The notes beneath the pieces were generated by a model that saw nothing but the letters and a program-made list of their open reading frames with translations, was not told where the DNA came from and searched no databases. A stretch of DNA of 64,000 nt from Callorhinchus milii (Eukaryota). The first letter of the stretch is position 1. Each line of letters starts with the position of its first letter. The stretch is from positions 137,950,001 through 138,014,000 of the forward strand of contig NW_024704742.1 of NCBI RefSeq assembly GCF_018977255.1. Reading direction: 5' to 3'. Below are positions 35,391 through 48,350 of this stretch, in pieces. A program made the position numbers and the translations under genes.

Positions 35391-37539
35391 CAGCCCTGCA
35401 CATTTTTCCTGTTTAAGTACGTATCCAATTCCCTTTTGAAAGCTATTATCGAATCTCCTTCCTTCACCCTTTCAGGCCGTGTGTTCCAGACCATAACAAC
35501 TCTATTAAATCTCCCCTTAACCTTCTCTGCTTTAAGGAGAATAATCCCAACTTCTCTATTCTCCCCACATCCCTGGTATTCTTGTGAAGCTCCTCTGCAC
35601 CCTCACCAGGCACTGACATCCTTCCTAAAGTCTGGTGCCCACAATTAATACTAATAATAATAATCCTGGCACACTGTGCACAATTGGCTGCCGCAAAATA
35701 CACAGTTAATTCACTTTACAGCATATTCAGTGATGGGCTTTGAGATGTGATAATACTCATATTAAATGCAAGGATTATTATTTGATGTCTTCGAGACGTC
35801 TCAAAACGCTTCACAGAATATACTGTAAAGTGAATTGACTCCAACTGAGGCCATTAGTAAAGATTCAAGATAACTTCCTTACTTTTATACTCTGTGCCTC
35901 TGTTTAAGAGGTGACGGTAAACACAGTCGAAGAGGAACGTCTTGAGGTGTGGTCTGAAAATGGGGAAGGGGGGGCCAGGCGGAGAGATTGAGGGAGAGAT
36001 CCCAAAGTTTCTGGGGGTAGTGGCTGAAAGCACGGCCACCGATGGCAGATCTGTAACCGTGGGACACTCCAGGCTCACAGTCCAGGCTGGTGCCCCAGGG
36101 TAGTGCTGGGGGAGCCCTGCCATGTCAGAGATGCCGTCAGTCGGGTCAGATGTTAAGCTGAGGGCCTGTCTGTGGAGGTTAAAGTTCCCGTGAAGCTGCT
36201 CAATAAGAGACTGGAGCTTAGAAACCGAACTCCCAGCCCTGACAGTGACTCCCGGGGAAGCTGTTTGAGACGCTTTGACATTGAACAGGAAAGTTTGACA
36301 TCTTTATAAAAGTCACCTCTAAACCGTTCAACCGTGTGTCCCGGCCACTCCCTCGGCTCAGCGGGTACCGACCTGCTTCACCTCCTCCGCCCTCTCCTCT
36401 CCCCCATCGGTGATCGGCTTTCAGCCATTCTGCCCCCGGCTCCATGGAAATCCATCCCAAAGCCCCTCCGCCTCACCCATTCACCTTAAAACATTCCCCC
36501 CGACCCCATCCCTGAACGTTGCTGTATCAATGTGAACTGTATTAGAGCAGCTGCTGAGAAACTAATAATCATGTCTGTCTGTCTGTCTGTCTGTGTATAT
36601 GTTTGTCCATCTCTTTGTGTATCTGTATATATGTCTGTGTACAAGTATCTTTGTGTGCGTACTCCGTGTGTGTCAGTGTATGTAACTGCAGGTGTCTCTG
36701 TCTGTATATCTGTGTGTGTTTCTATCTGTTGAATGTGTATCTCTGTATCTGTTTGTGTCTGTGTATGTGTGTCTGTGTCTCTCTGTATGTTCTGTGTCTG
36801 CGTATGTCTGTGTATATTCTTTGTGTGTATCTCTATGTTTATGTATGTGTCTGTGCGTGTGTTTGTGTGTGTGTCTATATGTTTGTGTGTGTTTGTGTCT
36901 GTGTGCACGTCTGTATGTTGTATGTGCGATTCTGCATTCATGTGTGTTTGTATGTGCGTCTATGTGTGTGCGCATGTCAGTTGGTGTCTGTGGGTGGGTG
37001 TGCAGTTATGCATGTGGGTGGGTGTGCATGCGGGTGGGTGGGCATGCGTGTGGGTGAGCCTGTATGCGGGTGGATGGGCGTGACTGGTGTTCGTGCGGGT
37101 AGGTGGGGGTGCAGTTGTGTGGGTGTGCGCTGTTGTGCGTATGTGTGGATGCAAGTGTCTGCGTGTGTGGGTGTTCGTGTGTATGGATGTTTGTGTGTGT
37201 GAGTGTTCGTGTGGGTGTGCGCGTATGTGCACATGTGTGCGTGTGTGTGTGGGTGCGCATGCGCGCGTGCGTATGTGGGTGTCTGTGCGTGGGCGTTTGT
37301 GCACATGTGTGCATGTGTGCATGGGCATGTGTGTGGGTGCGTGTGTGTGCTTGTGTGCACATGAATGAGGGTGCGTGTGCGCGTGTGGGTGTGTGTGTGT
37401 GTTTGTGCATGTGGGTGGGTGTGCGAGTGTGTGTGTGTGTGGGTGTTCGTATGGGTGTGCATGTGTGTGGATGTATGTGCCTGTGTGCGTGTGGCTGTGT
37501 GTGTTGTGAGTGTGTGACTCTGTGTGTTTCTTCTCTGAG

Positions 37540-37893
37540 GTGTTGACACAAACCACCGCCTGGTGATGGGGACGGTGGGAGAATCGGTGATGTTGCTTTG
37601 CCCACTGCCCTCTAATGGCCCTAAATATAAACTTGTCAACGTCACGTGGGTGAGGAAGGAGCCGTACAGCCACCTGGTGACCTTCAGACAGGAGGGTGGT
37701 TCCTGGAATAGGACGGAGGGTGATGAGCGGTGTGAGCTGAGGGGGAGCGCGGCTGATGGGGACATCACACTGACAGTGAGCCGCCTGGTAACAGAGGACA
37801 ACGGCATCTACCTGTGTCTCGTGGAGGCTGAGAAGGAGAACAAGAGACTCGTGATCCAGCGGGAGATCAGGCTCCAGGTTCAGAGCTCTCCAG
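37540..37893 (+). CDS. Second V-set Ig exon B, copy 1
   Basis: Acceptor ctctgag, donor G|gtaaga, 354 nt, phase 1-1. V-set hallmarks [11 protein letters not shown] and EDNGIYLC. Confidence 0.88.
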
Positions 37894-38402
37894 GTAAGAT
37901 CCCTCTGTCTACATCCCTGACCCCAAACAACAGCAACTTGTTACAGTTACACAGCGCTTTTCACTTCAGGAGGACGTCCCGAGGCGCTGGACAGTTTAGA
38001 GTTTGCATCCTGGGGCTGGAGCCAAGAGGGGTGGAGAGCAAGGGGAATGAGGGTGGAGGGTGACTGGAGCCACGGTCAGAGAGGAAGGTCTTGAGACAGG
38101 TCTTGAAGGTTGCAAAGGAGACGGAGAGGTGCAGGGGATCCGGGACGGAATTCCAGAGGGTGGGGCAGAAAGGCTTAAGGCCTGACTGCCAATGGTGGAG
38201 CGGACAGGATGGGGGACATGGAACAAACTGGTGCTGCTGAGCGGAGTGAATGGACAATGCTCCAGTGGGGGTGTGAGCACCAGCACAGACAGGAGGGGGA
38301 GAGAGAACAGAGTAGACAGCTTCAGTGGGGAGCGAACACCAGCACAGACACGATGGGAAGGTTTCTTGGGTAGAATAACTCTGTGTTTCTTTATACCCGA
38401 AG

Positions 38403-38495
38403 GTCTGGCTGCCATCTACATTCTGTGGCTGATACCGGCGGTTAAATGTCTCTTTCTGTTGGTGATGGGGATCATTCTCGTCTGTAACACAAGAG
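38403..38495 (+). CDS. Transmembrane exon with intramembrane Lys (GLAAIYILWLIPAVKCLFLLVMGIILVCNTR)
   Basis: Acceptor tttctttatacccgaag, donor G|gtttgt, 93 nt, phase 1-1. Hydrophobic span with a central K. Confidence 0.8.
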
Positions 38496-38529
38496 GTTTG
38501 TCAATTCTTTGCTGTTTGCAGTTTAAAAT

Positions 38530-39440
38530 ACAGAAAGGAGGATAATACTCCTATTTTTAAGAAAGCAAATAAAAGTGTACCAGGAAACTACAGACCAGTA
38601 CGTTTGATGCCCATTGTGGATAAAATTATTAAGGAGACTCTTTTTAAGGATAAAATCATGGAGCATCTGGACAGAAATCATATCATAAATGATAGCCAAT
38701 ATGGGTTCATGAAGGGAAGGTCTTGCCAATATAATTTCTTTGAGAGTGTGACAAGGGAGCTGGATAAGGGTAAGGCTGTGAATGCTGTATATCTGGATCT
38801 CAGTAAGGCCTTTGATCAATTTCTCTTGAGAGGCTGGTATTGAAAGTAAAGAATGCTCTGTGGCAGGAAATAAAGCAAACCAGATGTTGGAAGGGATCCA
38901 AAGATGAATAGCAGCCGAAATAGTGGGGGATTCCCTGTCACTGTATAAATCATTGTCGAGTCTTAGAATATTGGGTACAGTTCTGGTCACCGCAGTACAC
39001 AAAGGGAATGGGAGACTGTACAGAGGAGGGCAACCGGAATGATTAAGATAATGGAGGATGATGAGGAGTGACTAAGTAAATTGGGTAAGTTCATGCTGAC
39101 AAATCAAAGATTGAGAGGAGATATGATTGATGTCTATAAGATTCCAAAGGGGCTCGACAGTGAGGAACATGACAGACTGCTTCAGGTGTCCAGAATAGTA
39201 AAACCAAAGAGCAGGGGCTGCGATTGAAGGGATCAATTCAGAACAAATCTACAGAAACACTGTTTCAGTGAGTGAAAAGTAAACCTGTGGAACAGGAAGT
39301 GTTGGTTTCTTCAAACACAGATTAAATAATTTTCTTTTGGGAAATAACATTATAGGATATAATACATAAATAGTTGAGGACATATATGCATTCCAGAAAG
39401 GGGGAAGGCAAACGAGGCATTTCATCGTCTAGATTTCTTA
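38530..39440 (+). mobile_element. CR1 RT fragment, degenerate
   Basis: SQYGFMKGRSC...VYLDLSKAFD. Confidence 0.85.
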
Positions 39441-39746
39441 TGTTATAATAATAATGACAATAATCCTTGCATTTGGTATAGTGCTTTTCACGCTACTTGT
39501 GGGCGAACCCGGCAGCCAATTGCGCAATTGCATGTTCTTAATGTGCTTAACAAATGCAGTGAAAATTCACTTGGACATTACCACAGAGCTATAGAGGTCT
39601 ATTGTGAAGGGAGGCTTGAGGAGTTGGGTCTTCAGTGCCCTGAGATGCTACGCTGTGTGGAGGACCCTATATCAGTGCAAGTTGTTGTTTTTGACTGGAG
39701 CTGAGAAGGTTAATGCGTCAGTAAATGCTTTTTCCTTTCTCCTAAG

Positions 39747-39790
39747 ATCGTACAAGATCACAAGAGCTTCAGGTGAAGGAGAACATCTGA
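39747..39790 (+). CDS. Short cytoplasmic-tail exon (DRTRSQELQVKENI*)
   Basis: Strong acceptor tttcctttctcctaag, phase 1, TGA at 39788-39790. An internal donor CAG|gtgaag is an alternative. Confidence 0.55.
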
Positions 39791-40439
39791 TAACAGAGAT
39801 CCTTCCTTCCAGTAACCCTCAGGCTGCCATCTCCCATTACAGCATTGACCTCAACAGCGACCCTTACACAGCACAATCCTGGAGGGTTACAGGCTCCTCG
39901 GTGTCCTTCCTCCCCTCCTACATGCTCACACACTCCCAACCTCCCTGCTCTACACTGTACTGCGCCAAACCTCAGGCCAGCCATGTGGTCAAGGCCTCAG
40001 GCCTCTTTGTTCCTCTCACACGGCCTACAGACACGATGCACTGCTCTCATACTGTCAGTTTATTGACCACTCACAGCCTCCAGCCCACAGACCTGTCACA
40101 GCCTCCAGCCCACAGACCTGTCACAGCCCACAGACCTGTCACAGCCCATAGGCTTCTCACAGTCTCCGAGGCACAGAAACAACAAAGGATGTGTGTCTCA
40201 TCTGTTCACAAGTCAGAAGACCAGAAAGTCAGCTTTGCACAGAAATGACCTCAAATGCTGAGAAAAAGGAACCTTAAGGAAAACAATACAGACAGGACGA
40301 TGGGCTATATTGCTAAACCAGTTGAGTTTAGATCCCCAAATGTCACACATAGGCTGTAGAGTTCTCTTGTCAAACCACACCCAGAGTATTGCAACAGTAA
40401 CTCTGGCTCTGTGTGGGCAACAGTCACCCGGGCTCTCTA

Positions 40440-40770
40440 ATAATAATAATAATAATAATAATCCTTGCATTTGATATAGCGCTTTTCACGTCGGGAGGAC
40501 GTCCCAAAGTGATTCACAGAATACACTGTAAAGTGAATTGACTGTATATTTGTGGGCGAACGCGGCAGCCAATTGCGCACAGCAATGTCCCACAAACAGT
40601 CGTAGATTGAAAATGACCAATTTTTATTATTGTTTTGGTTTTGGAGGGATTATTATTAGGCTCTGTGTGGAGTAAGGAAACTTGCCCAAGGTTTCGCCCT
40701 CTGCCTGGAATTGAACTCAGGTCTCTCGCTTGCAAAGCGAGTGCTCTAACCACTGAGCTACAGGACTCCA
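40440..40770 (-). mobile_element. tRNA-derived SINE inserted in a 26-bp minisatellite
   Basis: Family match; minisatellite units lie on both sides. Confidence 0.9.
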
Positions 40771-40779
40771 CAAGCTGCT

Positions 40780-41000
40780 CTGTGGGCAACAGTAACCCTG
40801 GCTCTGTGTGGGCAACAGTCACCCTGGCTCTCTGTGGGCAACAGTAACCCTGGCTCTCTGTGGGCAATAGTAACCCTGGCTCTCTGTGGGCAATAGTAAT
40901 TTTGGCTCTGTGTGGGCAATAGTAACTTGGGCTCTCTGTGGGCAATAGTAACTTGGGCTCTCTGTGGGCAATAGTAACTTGGGCTCTCTGTGGGCAACAG
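40780..41000 (+). repeat. 26-bp minisatellite
   Basis: Unit ctctctgtgggcaatagtaacttggg; further units at 40390-40440. Confidence 0.9.
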
Positions 41001-41099
41001 TAAATGTTCTGCTTTTGAAGTGACTGAATAAAATCCTTTATGAAAGATCACTCAATGCTCTGTGTTACTGTATCTGTAGGGCTAAGTGTTCAAGCCTAA

Positions 41100-42005
41100 C
41101 CCAAGTCTCTCTTTCTGCCCCCACCCTCAACTCCAGGACCACTGCTGTCCTGACAGACTGTCTGTCGGACATCAAGTCCTGGATGAGGGCAAATTTCCAA
41201 CAGTTGAATGTGAACAACACTGAGGCCCTCCTAATTGGCCCTCTGCACCTCAGGCTCCGGCACCATCAACCTCCATGGTTGCACACGCCAGCCAGTCAGG
41301 AACCTGGGTGTCTTGTTTGACCCTCAACTGTCTTTTCTACCCCACATTCAAGCCATGACTCGCTCTGTCTTCCCTCACTTCCGTAATATCGCCCGACTCC
41401 GCCACTACCTCACCCCTCAGGCCACTGAAACTCTTGTTCATGCCTTCATCACCTCCAGGCTCGACTATGCAAACTCATTGCTTGTCGGCCTTCCCAACTC
41501 CTCCCTCCACAGACTGCAGATAATCCAGAACTCTCCCGCACCAAACTCCGTGACCCCATCTCCCCCACTCTCGCCCGACTCCACTGGCTCCCTATCCTTC
41601 AGAGGATCCAGTTCAAGATCCTGGTCCTCACCTACAAAGCCCTCCATGGCCTCAACCCACCCTACCTCTGCGACCTCCTAACCCCTTACTAACTCGCCCG
41701 TTCCCTCCACTCAGCGGCTCCGGCCTGCTCAACGTCCCCCAACCCACCCACCCCAGCATTGGCGGGAGAATCTTCAGTCACTCTGGAAATCCATCCCCCA
41801 GTCACTCCGCCTCGCCCCCTCTTTAGCCTTCAAGTCCCGACTCAAGACTCTCCTCGTCGACCATGACATCGGCCACCCCTCTTCCCCTCCCCTTCCTTCT
41901 CTCCCCTTGACCCCAACTCGGGTGTGAAATGCTGTCCACTGTCCACGGCCTTGGGACGTCCTCTCGACGTGAAAGGCGCTATACAAATGTAATCTTGTTG
42001 TTGTT
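41100..42005 (+). mobile_element. L2 fragment, older subfamily
   Basis: ORF 41235..41681: VRNLGVLFDPQLSF...SRLDYANSLL. Related pieces at 30850-31610(-), 32090-32630, 37930-38215(-) and 58090-58900. Confidence 0.85.
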
Positions 42006-43099
42006 GTAATCTGTTGCATTTGACTTATAATTGATAACGTTTTCAGTCAAGATCTGGACCAACAGAGAAGTATGGGAATATCTGCCAAAAATTGCGGTGA
42101 TGACTGGAAATTTCCCAGGAAATTGCGGGGGGATGTTTGTCAAGTTTTGCAGAAAATTGCGGTGAGTTGATTGGTGATATTGAAGTGCATTTTACTGCCA
42201 ACCGACATTTTTTCAATTTATTGTTAAAAACTAAATGTAAGGAAATAGCACATATGTTTTTGGATGGTTGCCAAAAAAAATTAATGACTTTAACATTAAC
42301 AGGGTGGACATTTTTTTTGGCGGGGAGGGGGTGGTTTGAGGATAGACACCAGCGAGGTGAAGGGATGGGCCCACATGCAGACGCAGAGAGAAACACACAC
42401 ACAGACACAGAGTCCCACAGAGACACACAGACACAGAGAGACGCATAAGCTCACAAGACACAGAGAGAGCAACACACTCTCAGACACAGCGAGAGAGACA
42501 CTCGCACAGACTCACACACACGTGTAGAGCTCCTGTCACACAGGGCAGTGTCCTGGAGTGCTTGACAGTGGCGGAGTCTGACCCCCATCCAGGGAGGAGA
42601 GAGGGAGGAGAGAGGTGACCGTGAGCAAAATCAAAAAGGAACCTCGGTCCGATTCCCAGCAGGGGGAAACCTTGGGCAAGTTTCCTTCCTCCACACGCCT
42701 GATGATAATCCCTCCAGAAAAAAATACTAATGTGGTCACTCAATCCCCGACTGTTTGTGGGACATCGCTGTGCGCAATTGGCTGCCGTGTTTATGTCTTC
42801 TGCACATGAAGTACAGGACTGTGCAGTACTGTGTGTATATGGAAAGGATGTGCTACCATAGCTTTAATATTCATGGGTTAAACATGGTACAGACACCTTG
42901 TCTTGATATCACCAGACAGTACAGTGTTAAGCCATATAAAATCCGATTGATACATAACTTTACATAAATCCTACATGCTACAACTTACGGAAGTTTGCCA
43001 GAGCTCGTACTTTACAAAATAAATGTTATTGTCCCAACTCATCCGACTTATGTGAGTTTTACTGCGCTTTCTTTCAAATAACTTTTGTTTATTTAGAAT

Positions 43100-43680
43100 C
43101 CATTAGAATACACAGCACAGAAACAGCCCATTCGGCCCAACTGGTCTGTGCTCCACATGAGCCTCCTCCAGCCCTTCCTCAACTAAGCCATCAAGCCTAA
43201 CCTTCTATTGCTTTCTTGCTTCCTCTTAAATACATCCTCAACAACTCTTTGTGGTTGCATGTTCCTCATTCCCACTACGGTGTGTGAAGAAACTTCTTCT
43301 AACTTCCCAATTTGATCTATTTGTGATATTTTATATTGATGGCCCTGATTTTGGACTCCCCCGCAAGTGGATCCATCTTCGCTTTGCTGACCCTATCAAA
43401 ACCTTTCATCACTTTAAAGACCTCTATCAGGTCACCCCTTACCCTCCTCTTTCCAAGTCAAAAGTGTTCAAGTATGTTCAGCTTTTCCTGATAGGTGTAA
43501 CCTCTCAGTTCTGGGATCATCCTCGTGATTCTCCGTTGCACCCTCTCCATTGCCTCTACATCGCTTCTATGACGTGGGAACGAGAACTGCACACAGTATT
43601 CTAAGTGTGGTCTAACCAAGTTTCTATGGTTTACCTTAAATTCCCTGCTTTTCATTTCTATCCCATTAGAAATGAACCCC
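43100..43680 (-). mobile_element. CR1 3' fragment
   Basis: LVRPHLEYCVQF...MERVQRRITRMIPEL. Confidence 0.85.
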
Positions 43681-46480
43681 AAAATTCTCCTGGTTTACTG
43701 CCCCCCAAAACCCCCTGGCTCCTTGCTCTCTGATATCTCCGCTCTCCTCTCCTCCCTGTCCCTCTGCTCAGAAAACCTGCTCATAATGGACAACTTCAAT
43801 CTCCTCCTAAACTTCCCTTGCATCACTTCCTCAGATTTCACTGAACTCCTCTCCTCTCTAAACCTCACCCTCCACATCAACAACTGACCCACAGCCATGG
43901 CCACCCCCTCGACCTTGTCATCACACATGGCCTTGACATTTCCAACCTGTACATCACAGACAAGGCCATCTCAGACCACTTCCTTATCTCCTTCTCATCT
44001 CACATCCATCTCGCCTCCATCAAGACCTCAACCATACTTTACCACCCATGGAAAAGGCTTCCTCCCGAGACCCTCACAAAGGCCATCTCATCCTCAGACC
44101 TCCTGTCCCTCTGGCCTTCCACCCACAGTGACACTGAAGCAGCCATCAAGCTGCTCCATGATAGCCTCTCCCCCAACTTCAACTCCCTCGTCGCCCTGAA
44201 ATCCAGGACCATCACCGAACCCACCCACTGCCCCTGGTACAACAGCCATCTCTGCTCCCTGAAAACCCAAACCCAGTTGATTGAGCGCAGGTGACAGAAA
44301 ACCAGCCTCACGGTTCACCACCAGCTGTGGCTCGAGCATCGTCACCCCCACCCCCCCCCCCCCCCCGCGCCCTATCAAGGAAAAACTGCGCACTATTCAA
44401 CCATCATAATGCAGCCCAACAATAACTCCAAATCCTATTCTCCACCACCCACCACCTCCTCCATGTGCCCCTCAAGCCCCTCAATCATCACATCTAATGC
44501 CAAGTGCGAAGAGGTCACTTACCTCTAAAATTGACAAAATCCGCAAGGCAGCTTCACCCTGTCCGCCCTGTGTCGCTACCACCGCCCCCATTCCATCTCC
44601 CTCACCCACCCCGCCCTCAGCTCCCACCACGACACCCATCATTCATTCATTTGCCACCATCCCTCCCTCCTCCCTCTCATCCACCATCACCGCAATGAAA
44701 CTCACCATCAACTGCCTTGAACCCCTCTCTACCCAACTGCTGATCACCCAGATCGCCCTCCTCTAAACACTGATGGCAGACACTATTTACCGATCGTTCT
44801 CCTCAGGATCAATCCCACTCAACCTCAAAACTGCGGTCAGCACGCCCCTCCTTAAAAAACCTACCCTCGACTCCTCCAACCTCGGCCACTCCCGCCCTAT
44901 CTCAAACCTGCCCTTCCTTGCCAAAGCTCTGGAACTCATTGTTGCCAACCAACTTCACGCACACCTCTCCCTCCTTACTCGAGCCCCTCCAGTCTGGTTT
45001 CGGCCCTGACTGCCCACCGCACAGAGCCAGCACACGTGAAGGTCACAAAAGATATCCTCTCTATCTATGACTAGGGCTCCCTCTACCTCCTCGTCCTCCT
45101 GGTCCTCTCTGCCAAGTTCGATACAGTCGATCACGCCATCCTCCTCACGGCCTGTCCTCCATCATCCACCTCAGTGGGACCACACTCGCCTGGTTCGAGT
45201 CCTACCTCACAAACCGCCAGCACTACATTTCTGTAAATGTTGCCTCCACACGGTCACCTGTGTGGTAGATACCCCAATGATCCATCCTTGACCCCCTTCT
45301 CTTCCTCATCTGTACGCTCCCTCTCAGTGATGTCATCCGCAGACACAGGGGTAACTCCCAAATGTTTGCAGATGAAACTCAACTCTACTTTTCTGCCTCC
45401 AGCTGTGACCCCCCAGTCCCTGGTATTCTGTCAGTTTATCTGTCGGACATCATGAGCTGGATGATCGCAAATTTCCTGCAGTTGAACGTCAACAAGACGG
45501 AAGCCATTCTCTTTGGTTCCCACCGATGTCTTATAATAATAATAATAATCCTTGCATTTGATACAGCGCTTTTCACGTCTTCGAGACGTCTCAAAGCGTT
45601 TCACAGAGTAGACTGTAAAGTGAATTGACTGTATATTTTTGGGTGAAACACAGCAGCCGATTGCGCACAACAGTGTCCCACAAACAGTCGTGGATTGGAA
45701 ATGAACAATTTATTCTTGTTTCGTTTTGGAGGGTCTTCTCTCCCGCGGTTCCGACCTCCTCAACCTACCCGACCTGTCCTGTCCTTAAATCTCTCCGAAC
45801 CCGAGCGTGACTTAGGCGTCAGGTTCGATCCCCAGTTGTCCTTCCTCCCCCACATCCAGTCCCTGACCAGCACCGCTTTCTCCCACCTCTGCCACGTTGC
45901 CCGTCTCCGACAATACCTCACCCCAAAAGCTGCCGAAACCCTTGTCCGTGCCTTTGTGACCTCTCGGCTGGACGGCAATAACCTCCTCCTCGCCGGTCTC
46001 CCCTCCTCCAAGTCCACAAAATCCAACTCATTCAAACTCCGCCGCCCGCATTCTCACCCGCACCAAACCCCGTCCCCGATTACTCCAGTCCCGGCCAAAC
46101 CCCACTGGCTCCTGTCACGGAGCGGATCCACTTCCAGATCCTCACTCTAGTGTTTAAACCCATTCCTTCCCCTCCATCTCTCTAACCTCCTCTCCCCCCA
46201 CAGCAGTAACCGCAGCCTCCGCTCTACTGGCTCCGGCCTTCTCCGCGTCCCCGAATCCTCCACTCCACCATCGGTGGCCGCGCCTTCAGCCACTGCACCC
46301 CAAAACTGTGGAACTCCCTATCTCAACCTCTCCCCCTCGTCCCCTCCTTCCCCATCTTCAGGTCGAACCTGAAGACCTTACTTTTCGACCAGACCCACGG
46401 CACCTTCCCCCACCCCCAGGCTCGGCCTTGGGCTCCACCATTGTTAAGCTCTGAGACGCCGCCCGGCACTCAGTGAAAGG
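43680..46480 (+). mobile_element. Long degenerate L2 (endonuclease to 3' end) with a nested SINE at about 45535-45720
   Basis: APE-like LLVYCPPK...[30 protein letters not shown] and SRLDGNNLL motifs in order, with frameshifts. Confidence 0.85.
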
Positions 46481-46670
46481 TGCCACAATCAAGGGAACTA
46501 ACAAGGCCTGGACTATCTTAGTTTTGCCAGTAAGCTGGTCCTGCAGGCTGAGACCGGGTGGAATTTTGGCAGAGCGACGCAGAACGAATAGTACATTTGG
46601 CTACAAATAGCAGCGATTGGATGATGGTGGAGGGGACGAGTGTGATGGAGAACTTCCTATTTCTTCATGT

Positions 46671-46682
46671 GAAGAGGAAGTG
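46671..46682 (+). promoter_or_regulatory. PU.1/ETS-type site upstream of receptor gene copy 2
   Basis: GAAGAGGAAGTG about 48 nt before the ATG at 46730; a second ACTTCCT at about 46652. Confidence 0.45.
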
Positions 46683-46729
46683 GAACTCATTTCCAGTTTA
46701 GTGTTGAGAGACACTCACATTCGCCAGCG

Positions 46730-46790
46730 ATGCTGCCTCACTGTGTTTGGTTTGCCAGCGTCCTCCTGTGGGGCACAACACAGACTAAGG
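46730..46790 (+). pseudogene. Receptor copy 2, signal-peptide exon (MLPHCVWFASVLLWGTTQTK)
   Basis: 61 nt, donor G|gtacgt, clear paralog of 31953-32013. Confidence 0.8.
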
Positions 46791-47094
46791 GTACGTACTC
46801 CCCATCCTCACACTGTGTGTCTGTACGAGTTGGGTGTCTGTGTGTCACTGAGGGTCTGTGTATGTTTGTGGGGTGGGGGGCGCTTTGAGATGTCACAACA
46901 ATGGGATAAAACGCTATATCATCTGCAAGAATTATTATTATTATTATATAATAATGTGTCGGAGGGGGAGAAGGATCCTGAGGTGAGGAGAGGCAATATA
47001 AGCTGAAGGTAGAATCTTAAAGGGGGTGAAGGAACAGAGAGACCTGGGGGTTCATATAAGTAAATCTTTGAAGGTGGCCGGACAGGTGGGTAAG

Positions 47095-47345
47095 TCCTGT
47101 AGCTCAGTGGTTAGAGCAAGTGAGAGACCTGGGTTCAATTCCCGGCAGAGGGCGAAACCTTGGGCAAGTTTCCTTACTCCACACAGAGCCTAATAATAAT
47201 CCCTCCAAAACAAAACAATAATAAATTGCTGACTTTAATCCCCGACTGTGTGTGGGGACGCTGCTGTGCGTAATTGGCTGTTGCGTTTCGCCCACAAATG
47301 TACAGTCAATTCACTTTACAGTCTATTCTGTGAAGCGCTTTGAGG
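47095..47345 (+). mobile_element. tRNA-derived SINE, 3'-truncated
   Basis: Family match. Confidence 0.85.
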
Positions 47346-47519
47346 CATTATCTCGAGACTGGGTTCAGTTCTGGGCCCCACACTTTAGGACACTCCTGTG
47401 TCCCTTTTGTGTCGGGTCGGGCTCCCAGTCTCCGCACAGGAAGACACCTTCTTTTTTGCAGTTCTGTAGCTCAGTGGCGAGAGCACTCGCCTCGCAAGTG
47501 AAAGACGTGGGTTCGATCC

Positions 47520-48350
47520 ATAGAATCAAACAGCACAGAAGGAGGCCATTCGGCCCATCGTGTCTGTGCCGACACTTTGAAAAGAGCTTCAAATCAACCG
47601 CACTCCCCCGCTCTCTCCCCATAGCCCTGATCAACCCCACTCCCCCGCTCTCTCCCCATAGCCCTGATCAGCCCCACTCCCCCGCTCTCTCCCCATAGCC
47701 CTGATCAACCCCACTCCCCCGCTCTCTCCCCATACCCTGATCAACCCCACTCCCCCGCTCTCTCCCCATAGCCCTGATCAGCCCCACTCCCCCGCTCTCT
47801 CCCCATAGCCCTGATCAACCCCACTTCCCCACTCTCTCCCCATAGCCATACAAACTTGTCCTCCCCAAATAATTATCTACTTCTCTCTTAAAAGTTGTTA
47901 TGGAATCGGCTTCCCTCAGCCTTTCAGGCAATGCATTCCAGATCCCAACAACTCGCTGTGGAAACATTTCTCCTCACCTCCCTTTTGTTCCTTTTAACAA
48001 CTATTTTAAACCGGTGCCCTCGGGTTCCCGACCCACCGCCAGTGGGAATAGTCTCTCCTGATCACTCTATCGAATCCCCTCATAATATTGAAAACTTCTA
48101 TTAAGTTTCCTCTTAACCCTCTCTGTTCCCAGGAGAATAATCCTCACTTCTCTGCCTCTCCTGATCACTGAAGGCCCTCATTCCTGGTACCATTCTGGTC
48201 AATCTCCTTCGCTCCCTCTCCAATGCCTTGACATCCTTCCTAAAGTGTGGGGCCCAGAACTGAACCCAGTCTCTCGCTGAGGCCCCACCAGTGTTTTATA
48301 TAAAGGTTCATCATAACTTCCTGACTATTGTATTCTATGGCCTTATTCAT
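47520..48350 (-). mobile_element. CR1 3' fragment containing a 37-bp tandem array
   Basis: CR1 3' terminus at about 47520; array at 47597-47850. Confidence 0.85.

Noticed and set aside
33851-37893. Rearranging Ig/TCR/IgNAR V segments
   Set aside because: Each V exon includes its own G strand and ends in a splice donor; no heptamer-spacer-nonamer signal was seen after it.
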